NCBI GenBank assembly: GCA_964642545.1
Contig: CAZXQU010000001.1
Coordinates: forward strand, 111,797-175,796
Direction of reading: 5' to 3'
DNA: 64,000 bases
Source of the DNA: an uncultured Prolixibacteraceae bacterium
Lineage (GTDB): Bacteria; Bacteroidota; Bacteroidia; Bacteroidales; FEN-979
Part shown: piece by piece, positions 34,826 to 43,900 of the stretch
Position numbering within the stretch: the stretch's first letter is position 1
How the letters are laid out: each line of letters begins with the position of its first letter
Notes under the pieces: model-generated
Databases searched by the model: none
The model's input: only the letters and a program-made list of their open reading frames with translations
Told to the model about the DNA's origin: nothing
Position numbers and translations under genes: made by a program

Positions 34826-35929
34826 TCAGAGGTTATAATAGCTTGCAAAGGCATCACGGATTTGATCCGGTGTACAAACCTGATTGATCCTGCCTTTCCC
34901 GATTTCGGAGAGCAGGGTGAACCGGATCTCCTGCTGCCTGTTTTTCTTATCGTGCTGCATCATATCCATGCGTACCGCTTCATCTTCCTGAAGGAGTGGA
35001 AGCTTACCGAATCCCTGGATAATCCACTTAGTAACTTCTTCCAGTTGTTGGGGGTCGAATCCGGCTCGTTGTATGGATAAAAAGCCCTCGCAGAGCATGC
35101 CGGCAGCCACTGCATCACCATGCAGAACCGGAGTTTCCCGCCGAAGTGCGAGCGACTCAATCGCATGGCCGATGGTATGGCCGAAGTTCAGTAATTTCCT
35201 CTGGTTCTGTTCAAATGGATCATGCTTCACGATCTCAAGTTTTATCCGGATCGTCTTCAGAAGAATATCTTTCCAGAAATTCTCTGTAAACGGAATCTCA
35301 AGGATCTCTGATAATGGCTTCCGTGAAAGCCATCTCCAGAACTGCTCATCCCGGATCAATGCTGTTTTGAGAACTTCGGCTAGCCCGGATCGTATCTGTT
35401 CTGCAGGAAGTGTTTTTAGAAATCCTGGCCAGATATAAACCGCTCTGGGGGTATAAAAAGTTCCAACCTGATTTTTCAGGACATCCATGTTTACACCGGT
35501 CTTTCCTCCAATTGAAGCATCGATCTGTCCTATCAGAGATGTAGGGACATGAATGGTGTCAATACCTCGATGATAAGAGGATGCGACGAAACCTCCCAGG
35601 TCGGTCACCACACCACCACCCAGATTGATGAGGAGAGAATCTCTGTCGGCCTGATGAGATCCCAACTCTTTCCAAAGGTACTCTGCGGTTCGCAGGCTCT
35701 TAACTTCCTCTCCGGTATCAATGCTAAATACTGTTGCAGTATCCAACTCAGGGATGTGGCCGAGGAGCTCGGGAAGGCAGAAACGTTGGGTATTGGCATC
35801 AGTAAGAATAAAAATCCGCGGTTTCAACTTCCTAAGTCGCTTCAGATCCTTCTGAAATTGTTCCATAATCCCATCGCCAATCAGGACAGGGTATTTGGAG
35901 GTATTTACGGTACGGATTGAAAGCTTCAT
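34826..35929 (-). CDS. aroB: 3-dehydroquinate synthase
   Basis: It has GGGVVTDLGGFVASSYHRGIDTIHVPTSLIGQIDASIGGKTGVN and the metal ligands HTIGHAIE. Confidence 0.9.
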   Translation of the reverse strand: MKLSIRTVNTSKYPVLIGDGIMEQFQKDLKRLRKLKPRIFILTDANTQRFCLPELLGHIPELDTATVFSIDTGEEVKSLRTAEYLWKELGSHQADRDSLLINLGGGVVTDLGGFVASSYHRGIDTIHVPTSLIGQIDASIGGKTGVNMDVLKNQVGTFYTPRAVYIWPGFLKTLPAEQIRSGLAEVLKTALIRDEQFWRWLSRKPLSEILEIPFTENFWKDILLKTIRIKLEIVKHDPFEQNQRKLLNFGHTIGHAIESLALRRETPVLHGDAVAAGMLCEGFLSIQRAGFDPQQLEEVTKWIIQGFGKLPLLQEDEAVRMDMMQHDKKNRQQEIRFTLLSEIGKGRINQVCTPDQIRDAFASYYNL

Positions 35930-35932
35930 ATA

Positions 35933-37183
35933 TTAGCGAAAAGCTGCCATCAGGAGTTCGATATCCTGAAAGGGTAGTTTAAAGGTTTTGCTGACTGCAA
36001 GATTAGTAATGGTCCCATTATAAAGATAAACCCCCTGTCTGACACCATAATCCTTTTTAATCAGGGATTCGATGCCTCCTTCGGAACAGACATCGAGTAT
36101 GACCGGTACAAAAATGTTGTTGAGTGCCTGTGAAGCCGTATGCGGGACACGGGAAGCGATATTGGGGACACAGTAATGTGTCACCCCATGTTCTTTGAAA
36201 ACCGGATTGCTGTGCGTTGTGGGCCGTGAGGTTTCGAAACAACCTCCCTGGTCGATGCTAACATCAATAATGATCGACCCATCCTTCATGTCTTTTATCA
36301 TCTCCCCGGTGATCAGGCAAGGGGATTTTCCTCCGGGTGAGTGGATGGCTCCGATCACTACGTCGGCCGTCTTCATAGATTCGAGCAGCACCTTCGGATG
36401 AAGTATCGACGTAAATATCCTGATTCCCAAGTTATTCTGCAGTCTGCGAAGCCGGTAAACCGAATTATCGAATACTTTGACAACGGCACCGAGGCCAAGC
36501 GCAGAACGAGCGGCAAACTCTCCCACCGTTCCGGCGCCGAGGATCACAACCTCCGAGGGACCTATTCCTGTAAATCCTCCAAACATCTTTCCACGCCCAT
36601 AGTCGGGACTGGACAGATACTCAGCTGCAATGAATATGGATGTGCATCCTGCGATCTCACTCATTGCTCTCACGACCGGAAACGATTGCGTTTTATCCCT
36701 AATCAGCTCATAACCAAGAGCTGTGATCTTTTTGGTCATCAGTGTTCGGAAATAACTCTCCTTCTGTATCGCCATCTGAAGCGCCGACACCAGTGTTTGT
36801 TTCGGATGCATCAGGTCAACCTCGTCAGGTGTAGGTGGGGCCACTTTAAGGAGCAGATCCGACTTGTAGACCTCTTCCGGAGAGTAAACGATTTGAGCGC
36901 CTGCTTCACTGTATTGATGATCAAGAAAATGGGAAGCCTTTCCTGCTCCCGCCTCAACCAACACATGATGTCCTTGATGAGTCAACAGAGTAACTCCATC
37001 AGGAACCAATGCAACCCGTTTTTCTTCCAGGGTAACCTCTCTGGGAACGCCAATAACCATCTGGCTTTTCCGATGGGTCACCTCCAGCATCTCCTCCTGA
37101 GGCATCAGACGTTCAGCTTTAGAACGCCTGGTTAGCTCCGATAACGGATCTTCCATAAAGGGAAATTTTGAACGAAGATACAA
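35933..37183 (-). CDS. ald: Alanine dehydrogenase family protein (N-terminally extended form)
   Basis: It has VIGVPREVTLEEKRVALVP and the NAD site VVILGAGTVGEFAA. The exact start is uncertain (M1, M10 or M42 of the track ORF). Confidence 0.8.
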   Translation of the reverse strand: MYLRSKFPFMEDPLSELTRRSKAERLMPQEEMLEVTHRKSQMVIGVPREVTLEEKRVALVPDGVTLLTHQGHHVLVEAGAGKASHFLDHQYSEAGAQIVYSPEEVYKSDLLLKVAPPTPDEVDLMHPKQTLVSALQMAIQKESYFRTLMTKKITALGYELIRDKTQSFPVVRAMSEIAGCTSIFIAAEYLSSPDYGRGKMFGGFTGIGPSEVVILGAGTVGEFAARSALGLGAVVKVFDNSVYRLRRLQNNLGIRIFTSILHPKVLLESMKTADVVIGAIHSPGGKSPCLITGEMIKDMKDGSIIIDVSIDQGGCFETSRPTTHSNPVFKEHGVTHYCVPNIASRVPHTASQALNNIFVPVILDVCSEGGIESLIKKDYGVRQGVYLYNGTITNLAVSKTFKLPFQDIELLMAAFR

Positions 37184-37191
37184 AAAATGTT

Positions 37192-37309
37192 GGTCATGAA
37201 GTCATGGGGTGATGGGGTGATTGGTCATTAAGAAATTAGGAAATTAGGAAATACACAAATAGGCTTTTCACCATTTCACCATCTCACCATCTCACCTCTC
37301 ACCTTCCCC
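37192..37309. repeat. Octamer array (about 15 units, 118 nt) filling the whole intergenic spacer
   Basis: The units are GGTCATGA AGTCATGG GGTGATGG GGTGATTG GTCATTAA GAAATTAG GAAATTAG GAAATACA CAAATAGG CTTTTCAC CATTTCAC CATCTCAC CATCTCAC CTCTCAC CTTCCCC. There is a single register until the last two 7-nt units. It overlaps the stop at 37292-37294. Confidence 0.85.
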
Positions 37310-37777
37310 GGTTTCTCCTTGAGGTGCTTCCTCCTTCACGGGTTTCAGGTTAGCATGAGCAGCCCATCTCCAGATGCCGTCATCCTTTACAAAGATTGTC
37401 ATCCGGGGTGCCGGGTCGTGAGAAAGACGCTCGCCATCAATGGTCTCCGACACGGCCACAAAATAGGTCGCAATGATCAGATGTTCCTCATTGGTGATCT
37501 TCAGGTCGCTGATCTCAAATTCAGTGATAGCGAGCCCACGAAGCAACTCCAGCTCTTCATCCAAGTTGAATGCCCCGAAATCGTGCACCGATTGAAAACC
37601 AGGGGCCATGTTTTGCTTAATCCCTTCCAGATCCTGGTTCCTGAAGGCGTCCCAGAGTTGATAAACCAATGCTTCCCCTTTAGCAGGATCCGGCATCTCT
37701 TCATTACAAGATGGTGCCATCATGATTATGGCGAGAAGAAGTAACCATAAACTTAAATGTGATTTAATTTCTTTCAT
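37292..37777 (-). CDS. NTF2/SnoaL-like (DUF4440-type) lipoprotein
   Basis: 161 aa with a lipobox (MAPSC). The core LVYQLWDAFRNQDLEGI...IWRWAAHANL fits an NTF2-like fold. The C-terminal tail GETGEGER is encoded by the array. Confidence 0.55.
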   Translation of the reverse strand: MKEIKSHLSLWLLLLAIIMMAPSCNEEMPDPAKGEALVYQLWDAFRNQDLEGIKQNMAPGFQSVHDFGAFNLDEELELLRGLAITEFEISDLKITNEEHLIIATYFVAVSETIDGERLSHDPAPRMTIFVKDDGIWRWAAHANLKPVKEEAPQGETGEGER

Positions 37778-37805
37778 CTTAACCTCCTTTTTTGTTCTGA
37801 GTTCT

Positions 37806-37813
37806 CAAATATA
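37806..37813 (-). promoter_or_regulatory. -7 promoter box TATATTTG
   Basis: The rc of 37806-37813 is TATATTTG, 29 nt upstream of the ATG at 37777. Confidence 0.45.
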
Positions 37814-37917
37814 TAAAAAGATACGTTCATAATTGCTATTTTTGTGACCTTATAATGTGCGCTAAATCACATTAAAGAACAACGTAAATCACATGACAAA
37901 TACATACATGCAACGAA

Positions 37918-37929
37918 TTCAGGGGATTT
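37918..37929 (-). repeat. AAATCCCCTGAA motif copy downstream of tsaE
   Basis: The minus strand reads GGGATGAACTCATCGGAAATCCCCTGAA, with a possible GGGAT/ATCCC hairpin. It lies about 95 nt past the tsaE stop. Confidence 0.35.
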
Positions 37930-38023
37930 CCGATGAGTTCATCCCTTCGATCTGTAAAATGGATGAGCTTGACTCAATTGTGGCTGTAGATGACGGCGAA
38001 CGACTATGCCGATGCAAATTACA

Positions 38024-38482
38024 CTAAAGCTTCGGAGATGTTCGACCTGCCATGTTGTCCAGGGAGGAAGTAATTATCCGGGATGTTGTTCCCTCAATCT
38101 TAACCTTCACGGTTTCCGTAGGTAGCAATTCCTCCACCAGTTCAGGCCATTCGAGGAAACAGTAGTTACCGCTATAGAGGTACTCTTCGTAACCAATGTC
38201 GTATACCTCTTCCAGTTTGTTGATCCGGTAAAAGTCGAAGTGATAAACAGGAATTCCATTGAAGGTATGGTATTCATTAATAATGGCGAACGTTGGACTC
38301 AAGGCTTTATCCTCAACACCGAGTTCCCTGCAAATTGCTTTTATGAATGTAGTTTTTCCTGCTCCCATTTCTCCATAGAAGGCAAAAATCCGATCTTCGG
38401 GATACGCACTTATAAGCTTCCTCGCAATTTCGGGAAGGTCGCTTTCGGATTTAGCGGAATATTCGTGTGCCATTTCCTTCAA
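38024..38482 (-). CDS. tsaE: tRNA threonylcarbamoyladenosine biosynthesis ATPase TsaE
   Basis: 152 aa with Walker A GEMGAGKTTFIK, SPTFAIINEY and HFDFYRI. Confidence 0.9.
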   Translation of the reverse strand: MKEMAHEYSAKSESDLPEIARKLISAYPEDRIFAFYGEMGAGKTTFIKAICRELGVEDKALSPTFAIINEYHTFNGIPVYHFDFYRINKLEEVYDIGYEEYLYSGNYCFLEWPELVEELLPTETVKVKIEGTTSRIITSSLDNMAGRTSPKL

Positions 38483-38488
38483 TACTAT

Positions 38489-40042
38489 TTACCTATTCTT
38501 GAGAATAATAAACGGTATCAATATCTCCTCCATCGAAATACCGCCGTGCTGGAATGTATCCTTGTAATAGTTCACGAAGTGGTTATAGTTGTTGGGGTAG
38601 GCGAAGAAGTCGGTGTTGCGGCAGAAGGCAAAGCTGGAACTTACGTTGGTGCGGGGAAGGAAAATATCGGCCGGATTCCTCACCTCGAACACTTCGTTGC
38701 GCTCATATTTAAGGGCTTTTCCTGTTTTGTAACGAAGGTTTGTGTTGGTGTTGCGGTCGCCCAGGATCTTCACGGGATTGCTGACGCGAATAGAGCCGTG
38801 ATCAGTGGTGATGACCAGATTCACATCTTTTTCGGCGAGGTAGCGGAAAATCTCAATCAGCGGACTGTGGTTAAACCACGAGAGGGTGAGAGAACGGTAA
38901 GCACCGTCGTCACTGGCCAGCTCTCGGATGATCTCCATTTCCGTACGGGCGTGCGATAGCATGTCCACAAAGTTGTATACGATGAAGTTGAGCTTGTTGA
39001 CCATCAGATTTGGCATTAGCTCCACCAACTTCTTACCGTATGACATGTTGAGGACTTTATAATAGGAATACCTGATATCGCGGCCATAGCGTTTCAGCAG
39101 CTCGCCCAGCAGTTCCGACTCGTAATTGTTTTTAGTACCCTCCTCATCTTCACTCACCCAATATTTAGGATATTTCTTCTCAATCTCAGTAGGCAGGAGT
39201 CCAGCGAAAAGTGAATTCCGTGCATATTGAGTAGTAGTGGGTAGAATGCTGTAGTAGATCTCTTCCTCTTCCACCCTGAAACCCTCCTCAATAACAGGCT
39301 GTAGAATCTTCCACTGGTCGTAACGAAGATTATCGATCAGGATCACGAAAGTGGGACGGTTATCTTCCAGAAGTGGGAAGATCCAATCCTTGACAAGAGT
39401 ATGTGACTGAACCGGCCTTTCTCCTTTTATGCCATTGATCCAATCGATGTAGTTCCGCTCAACAAATTTGCTGAAGACCTGATTCGCTTCCGTTTTCTGC
39501 ATCTGGAGGACCTGGTTCATCCCTTCATCCTGCGACCTTTCCAACTTCAGTTCCCAGCCAATGATCTTTTTATAGATTTCGATCCACTCCTTGTAGTCGA
39601 GCCGATTGCTGATCTCCATCCCGATGTTGCGAAATTCCTGCTGGTACTGGAAGCTGGTCTTTTCGCTTACGATCTTTTTATTCTCCAGGGTTTTCTTCAG
39701 GGAGAGTAGTATCTGGTTTGGGTTGACGGGTTTAATGAGGTAATCGGCAATGTTGCTTCCAATTGCCTCTTCCATGATTGACTCCTCTTCGCTCTTTGTG
39801 ATCATCACAACCGGCAGGTTCGTGGTTCGGTTCTTTATCTTCTCCAATGTTTCAATTCCCGACATCCCTGGCATCTGTTCGTCAAGAAAAATAATATCGA
39901 AATTATGTTGATCCAGCAATTCCAGTGCATCGTGCCCGTTATTGGCAGTATGAACGGTATATCCTTTCTGATCCAGGAATAGCAGGTGAGGCTTTAAAAG
40001 ATCTATTTCATCATCCACCCACAATATTGTTATCTTCTCCAT
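38489..40042 (-). CDS. porX: Response-regulator receiver + PglZ (alkaline-phosphatase superfamily) protein, PorX-type T9SS regulator
   Basis: 517 aa. The CheY-like receiver has ILWVDDE...IIFLDEQMPGMSG. It is followed by a PglZ-like domain (ITTDHGS). The size and architecture match PorX. Confidence 0.7.
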   Translation of the reverse strand: MEKITILWVDDEIDLLKPHLLFLDQKGYTVHTANNGHDALELLDQHNFDIIFLDEQMPGMSGIETLEKIKNRTTNLPVVMITKSEEESIMEEAIGSNIADYLIKPVNPNQILLSLKKTLENKKIVSEKTSFQYQQEFRNIGMEISNRLDYKEWIEIYKKIIGWELKLERSQDEGMNQVLQMQKTEANQVFSKFVERNYIDWINGIKGERPVQSHTLVKDWIFPLLEDNRPTFVILIDNLRYDQWKILQPVIEEGFRVEEEEIYYSILPTTTQYARNSLFAGLLPTEIEKKYPKYWVSEDEEGTKNNYESELLGELLKRYGRDIRYSYYKVLNMSYGKKLVELMPNLMVNKLNFIVYNFVDMLSHARTEMEIIRELASDDGAYRSLTLSWFNHSPLIEIFRYLAEKDVNLVITTDHGSIRVSNPVKILGDRNTNTNLRYKTGKALKYERNEVFEVRNPADIFLPRTNVSSSFAFCRNTDFFAYPNNYNHFVNYYKDTFQHGGISMEEILIPFIILKNR

Positions 40043-40201
40043 TGTTCTCCTTACTTTTGTAAGAGTAAATGCCTTATCCGGCTTTTTATTGCCCGGAAAC
40101 CGTAATTTTACGTATTATTAACAAAGATACCCGAAATCATCAACAAAAAGAAAAACATAAACGACCCGATCTACGGTTTCATCACTATCCCCAACGAGTT
40201 T

Positions 40202-41371
40202 TTGTTTGATGTGATGGAGCATCCCTGGTTCCAGCGTATGCGGCGGATCCGACAGCTGGGGTTAACAGATTATGTCTACCCTTCTGCAACGCACACCCGT
40301 TTTCAACATGCTCTCGGATGCCTTTTCCTGATGAAGCAGGCTATCAAACTACTTCGCGAAAAGAGAGTAGAAATTACCCCAAAAGAGGAGCAGGGGGCTT
40401 GGCTGGCGATCCTGTTGCACGACATCGGGCACGGGCCCTATTCCCATACCCTGGAACGGTCGATTGTCACGGGTATTTCACACGAGGAGATATCCCTCCT
40501 CTTCATGGAAAAAATGAACCAACAGTTTTCGGGGGAACTGGATGTGGCAATCCGTATTTTTTCAGACACCTATCCGAAACATTTTTTGCACCAGCTTGTA
40601 TCGAGTCAGCTTGATATGGACCGGCTCGACTACCTGTCGCGCGATAGCTTCTTTACAGGAGTGGCCGAAGGAGTGATCAATACCGACCGGATCATCAACA
40701 TGCTTACAGTTGTTGACGATGAATTGGTGGTGGAGGAGAAAGGGATCTATTCGATTGAAAAATTCATCCTGGCCCGCCGTCTGATGTATTGGCAAGTATA
40801 TCTTCATAAAACGGTGCTGGCTGCCGATTTCATGCTTTCCAACATCCTTCGCCGCTCAAAATATCTGGGGGGGCAGGGAAGCGACCTTTTCGCTACGCCT
40901 GCCCTGAAACGATTTCTTCAAGATCCTGTGAAGGGGAAAGAGATGCTTTGTAGGGGCGATTGCCTGGAGACCTTCTCACAGCTTGATGATTTTGATATTT
41001 TCTCGGCAATGAAGGTGTGGAGTGCTCACCCTGATCCCGTTTTATCCCTGCTCTGCAAGCGCCTTGTGGACCGGCATCTTTTCCGTGCCGAATTACGTAA
41101 CCAACCGTTTGATGCCCCCTATGTCGCCAGTATCAAAGAGAATGCTGTTAATAAATTTGGAATCAAACCTGAGGATACTGGTTATCTCGTAACGGAAGAG
41201 GCAGTATCCAACGAATCATATGATCCTGATCACGACAGAATCAAGATCAGGACACGTGACGGAGAGTTACTCGATATCTCAGAATCTTCAGACCAACTGA
41301 ACATCTCAATCCTCTCAACACGCACTAAAAAGTATCTGCTCTCTTATCCAAAGGAATTAACTGTTAAGTAG
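40202..41371 (+). CDS. HD-domain phosphohydrolase (dNTPase-like)
   Basis: It has FQRMRRIRQLG...TRFQHALG and LLHDIGHGPYSH (HD motif). The start is a TTG at 40202, but family-like sequence (KKKNINDPIYGFITIPNEF) continues in frame upstream to 40106 with no ATG, GTG or TTG. Confidence 0.8.
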   Translation: MFDVMEHPWFQRMRRIRQLGLTDYVYPSATHTRFQHALGCLFLMKQAIKLLREKRVEITPKEEQGAWLAILLHDIGHGPYSHTLERSIVTGISHEEISLLFMEKMNQQFSGELDVAIRIFSDTYPKHFLHQLVSSQLDMDRLDYLSRDSFFTGVAEGVINTDRIINMLTVVDDELVVEEKGIYSIEKFILARRLMYWQVYLHKTVLAADFMLSNILRRSKYLGGQGSDLFATPALKRFLQDPVKGKEMLCRGDCLETFSQLDDFDIFSAMKVWSAHPDPVLSLLCKRLVDRHLFRAELRNQPFDAPYVASIKENAVNKFGIKPEDTGYLVTEEAVSNESYDPDHDRIKIRTRDGELLDISESSDQLNISILSTRTKKYLLSYPKELTVK

Positions 41372-41463
41372 CCATTGCGTTGGAAAAAAATCCTTCCTGT
41401 ATCGAAATATTTTGGTATCTTGCGCCACTCTTTTACAAAGTAAAAACCTCTAAATCAAGTTAA

Positions 41464-42510
41464 ATGGAATTCTCTGCCCGACAAATTGCCGAGCTGCTTG
41501 GAGGCACCATAGAAGGGAATCAAGATGTAACGGTTTCAAGCCTTGCAAAGATCGAAGAGGGGACTCCCGGCACACTCACATTCCTGGCCAATCCTGCATA
41601 TACTCAGTACATATACAAAACCGGAGCATCCCTGGCTATCGTCAGGAACAACTTTACTCCCGATAAACCACTACCGGAAGGTCTTACGCTGATCCGTGTT
41701 GAGGATCCCTATAATGCATTTGCCAGTATCCTTGAGGTCCATGCAAGTATGACCGCGAAGAAATCGGGAGTCTCCACCCAATCGTTCATTTCTCCATCAG
41801 CAAAGCTTGGCAACGACCTCTACATCGGGGAGTTTGCATACATTGGCGATGGGGTTGTGATTGGCGATGGGGTACAAATCTATCCGCAGGTATACCTGGG
41901 CGATAACATAAAGATTGGTGCCGGAACAAAACTTTATCCGGGAGTTAGAATTTACCACGATTGCATCATCGGGAAAGATTGCACTATTCACGGAGGTGCT
42001 GTGATCGGAAGCGATGGCTTTGGTTTTGCGCCACAGGATGACAAGAATTACCGGAAGGTTCCACAGGTGGGAAATGTAATTCTGGAAGACAATGTTGAGA
42101 TCGGAGCCAATACAACGATCGACAGGGCAACCATCGGCTCAACCATCCTTCGTCGCGGGGTAAAACTTGACAACCTCATACAGGTTGCCCACAATGTTGA
42201 GATTGGCGAAAATACGGTGATCGCTGCCCAATCGGGATTATCCGGGTCGCTGAAGATGGGAAAGAACGTGATGGTTGGAGGCCAGGTAGGTTTTGTCGGG
42301 CATATCGTGATAGCCGACAACGTTAAGGTTGGAGCAAGGTCGGGTGTTGAAAACAGCCTGACTCAAGAGGGAGGTATCTTTTTCGGCGCTCCTGCCATAG
42401 ATGTCATGCGGGCCCGAAAGAACTATGTGCATTGGAGAAACCTCGACGATATCGTCAGAAAACTGAATTCATTAGAGAAACAGGTGAAAAAATTAATGCC
42501 CGATGAGTGA
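41464..42510 (+). CDS. lpxD: UDP-3-O-acylglucosamine N-acyltransferase
   Basis: 348 aa. The N-terminus is MEFSARQIAELLGGTIEGN. It has left-handed beta-helix hexapeptide repeats and GSDGFGF. Confidence 0.9.
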   Translation: MEFSARQIAELLGGTIEGNQDVTVSSLAKIEEGTPGTLTFLANPAYTQYIYKTGASLAIVRNNFTPDKPLPEGLTLIRVEDPYNAFASILEVHASMTAKKSGVSTQSFISPSAKLGNDLYIGEFAYIGDGVVIGDGVQIYPQVYLGDNIKIGAGTKLYPGVRIYHDCIIGKDCTIHGGAVIGSDGFGFAPQDDKNYRKVPQVGNVILEDNVEIGANTTIDRATIGSTILRRGVKLDNLIQVAHNVEIGENTVIAAQSGLSGSLKMGKNVMVGGQVGFVGHIVIADNVKVGARSGVENSLTQEGGIFFGAPAIDVMRARKNYVHWRNLDDIVRKLNSLEKQVKKLMPDE

Positions 42511-43894
42511 AAAACAGAAGACGATCAAGCATTCCATCAGCATTGATGGTATTGGTCTGCATACGGGAAAAAAAGTCACGCTGACGTTCAAACCAGCCCC
42601 TGAGAACTACGGATATAAGTTTGCCCGAACCGACTTGAACTCCGGAGTTCTCGTGGATGCAGATGTTGACAATGTTGTTGACACCTCCCGGGGTACGAGT
42701 CTGGAGCATGAAGGAGTTCGTATCGACACGGTGGAACATGTGCTGGCAGCGCTGGCAGGTCTTGAGATCGATAATGTGTTGGTAGAGTTAACCGCCTCGG
42801 AGACGCCCATCCTCGATGGGAGCGCTAAAATTTATGTGGATAAGTTGCTGAAGGCTGGCATCGTGGAGCAAAAGGCTCTTAAAAGGTATATTGAATTAAA
42901 GTCAAACCTCATCTATTCTGATCCTGAGAAGAAGGTTGAAATTGTTGCCATTCCATCAAAAGAGTTCAAGGTTTCTGTAATGATTGATTACGAATCGAAG
43001 ATTCTTACTACCCAAAATGCCACCCTCAGCGACATTAAATATTTCCCGAAAGAGATTGCCCCTTGCCGCACCTTTGTCTTTCTTCATGAGTTGGAGTACC
43101 TGCTCAATAACAACCTCATCAAAGGGGGTGACCTGAACAACGCTATCGTTTTCGTGGACAGGCTTATCGGGCAGGATGAACTGGATAATCTGGCTAAAAT
43201 CTTCAACAAACCCCGGGTGGAGGTACTCCGAGAGGGGATCCTGAACAACCTGGAGTTGCTTCATCCTAACGAGCCCGCACGGCACAAATTATTGGATATC
43301 ATAGGCGACCTGGCTTTGGTGGGAATGCCTATCAAGGCACACATCATCGCAACACGGCCCGGGCATTTTTCGAATATTCAGTTTGCCAAGCTTGTAAAGG
43401 ATCAGATCCGTAAATCTAAGAAAAGTGAGGCGATCCGAACGTTTGACCTGAATAAGCCTCCCCTCTATGATGTTAAACAGATCCAGGAACTACTCCCACA
43501 TCGCCCTCCGTTTCTCTTCATTGACCGCATCCTGGAGATGGGCCCTGACTATGTTGTAGGAATGAAGAATGTGACCATGAACGAAACCTTTTTTGTCGGT
43601 CACTTCCCCGGCGATCCAGTGATGCCTGGTGTGATCCAGATTGAAGCAATGGCTCAAACCGGTGGCATCCTGGCATTGAAAACCGTGGATGATCCCCAAA
43701 ACTATACCACACTCTTTCTTAAAATTGACCATGTAAAATTCAGGCACAAAGTTGTCCCTGGTGATACGATCATCTTTTACAACCAGCTCAATGCACCTAT
43801 CCGAAGGGGTTTGATCTCCATGAAAGGCATTGCTTATGTAGGCCAGAAGGTGGTGATGGAAGCAGAGATGATGGCACAGATCCAACGTAAATAA
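42503..43894 (+). CDS. lpxC: Bifunctional UDP-3-O-acyl-GlcNAc deacetylase / 3-hydroxyacyl-ACP dehydratase (LpxC-FabZ fusion)
   Basis: 463 aa. The LpxC N-terminal part has QKTIKHSISIDGIGLHTGKKV and HKLLDIIGDLAL. The FabZ C-terminal part has LPHRPPFLFIDRI and FFVGHFPGDPVMPGV. Confidence 0.9.
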   Translation: MSEKQKTIKHSISIDGIGLHTGKKVTLTFKPAPENYGYKFARTDLNSGVLVDADVDNVVDTSRGTSLEHEGVRIDTVEHVLAALAGLEIDNVLVELTASETPILDGSAKIYVDKLLKAGIVEQKALKRYIELKSNLIYSDPEKKVEIVAIPSKEFKVSVMIDYESKILTTQNATLSDIKYFPKEIAPCRTFVFLHELEYLLNNNLIKGGDLNNAIVFVDRLIGQDELDNLAKIFNKPRVEVLREGILNNLELLHPNEPARHKLLDIIGDLALVGMPIKAHIIATRPGHFSNIQFAKLVKDQIRKSKKSEAIRTFDLNKPPLYDVKQIQELLPHRPPFLFIDRILEMGPDYVVGMKNVTMNETFFVGHFPGDPVMPGVIQIEAMAQTGGILALKTVDDPQNYTTLFLKIDHVKFRHKVVPGDTIIFYNQLNAPIRRGLISMKGIAYVGQKVVMEAEMMAQIQRK

Positions 43895-43900
43895 CAACCA

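Noticed and set aside
36341-37135. 264-aa plus-strand ORF
   Set aside because: It is entirely antisense to the well-supported alanine dehydrogenase gene. Its composition is Arg/Ser/Leu-rich and it has no motifs, so it is a shadow ORF.
37893-38027. 44-aa plus-strand ORF (MTNTYMQRIQGISDEFIPSICKMDELDSIVAVDDGERLCRCKLH) in the 246-nt tsaE / NTF2-like spacer
   Set aside because: Its middle is encoded by the GGGGAT/ATCCC hairpin motif. It overlaps the tsaE stop and has no promoter box or homology that I recognise. I kept it only as a low-probability small protein.
38240-38959. 239-aa plus-strand ORF
   Set aside because: It is antisense across tsaE and porX, both of which have strong family motifs. 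It is a shadow ORF.
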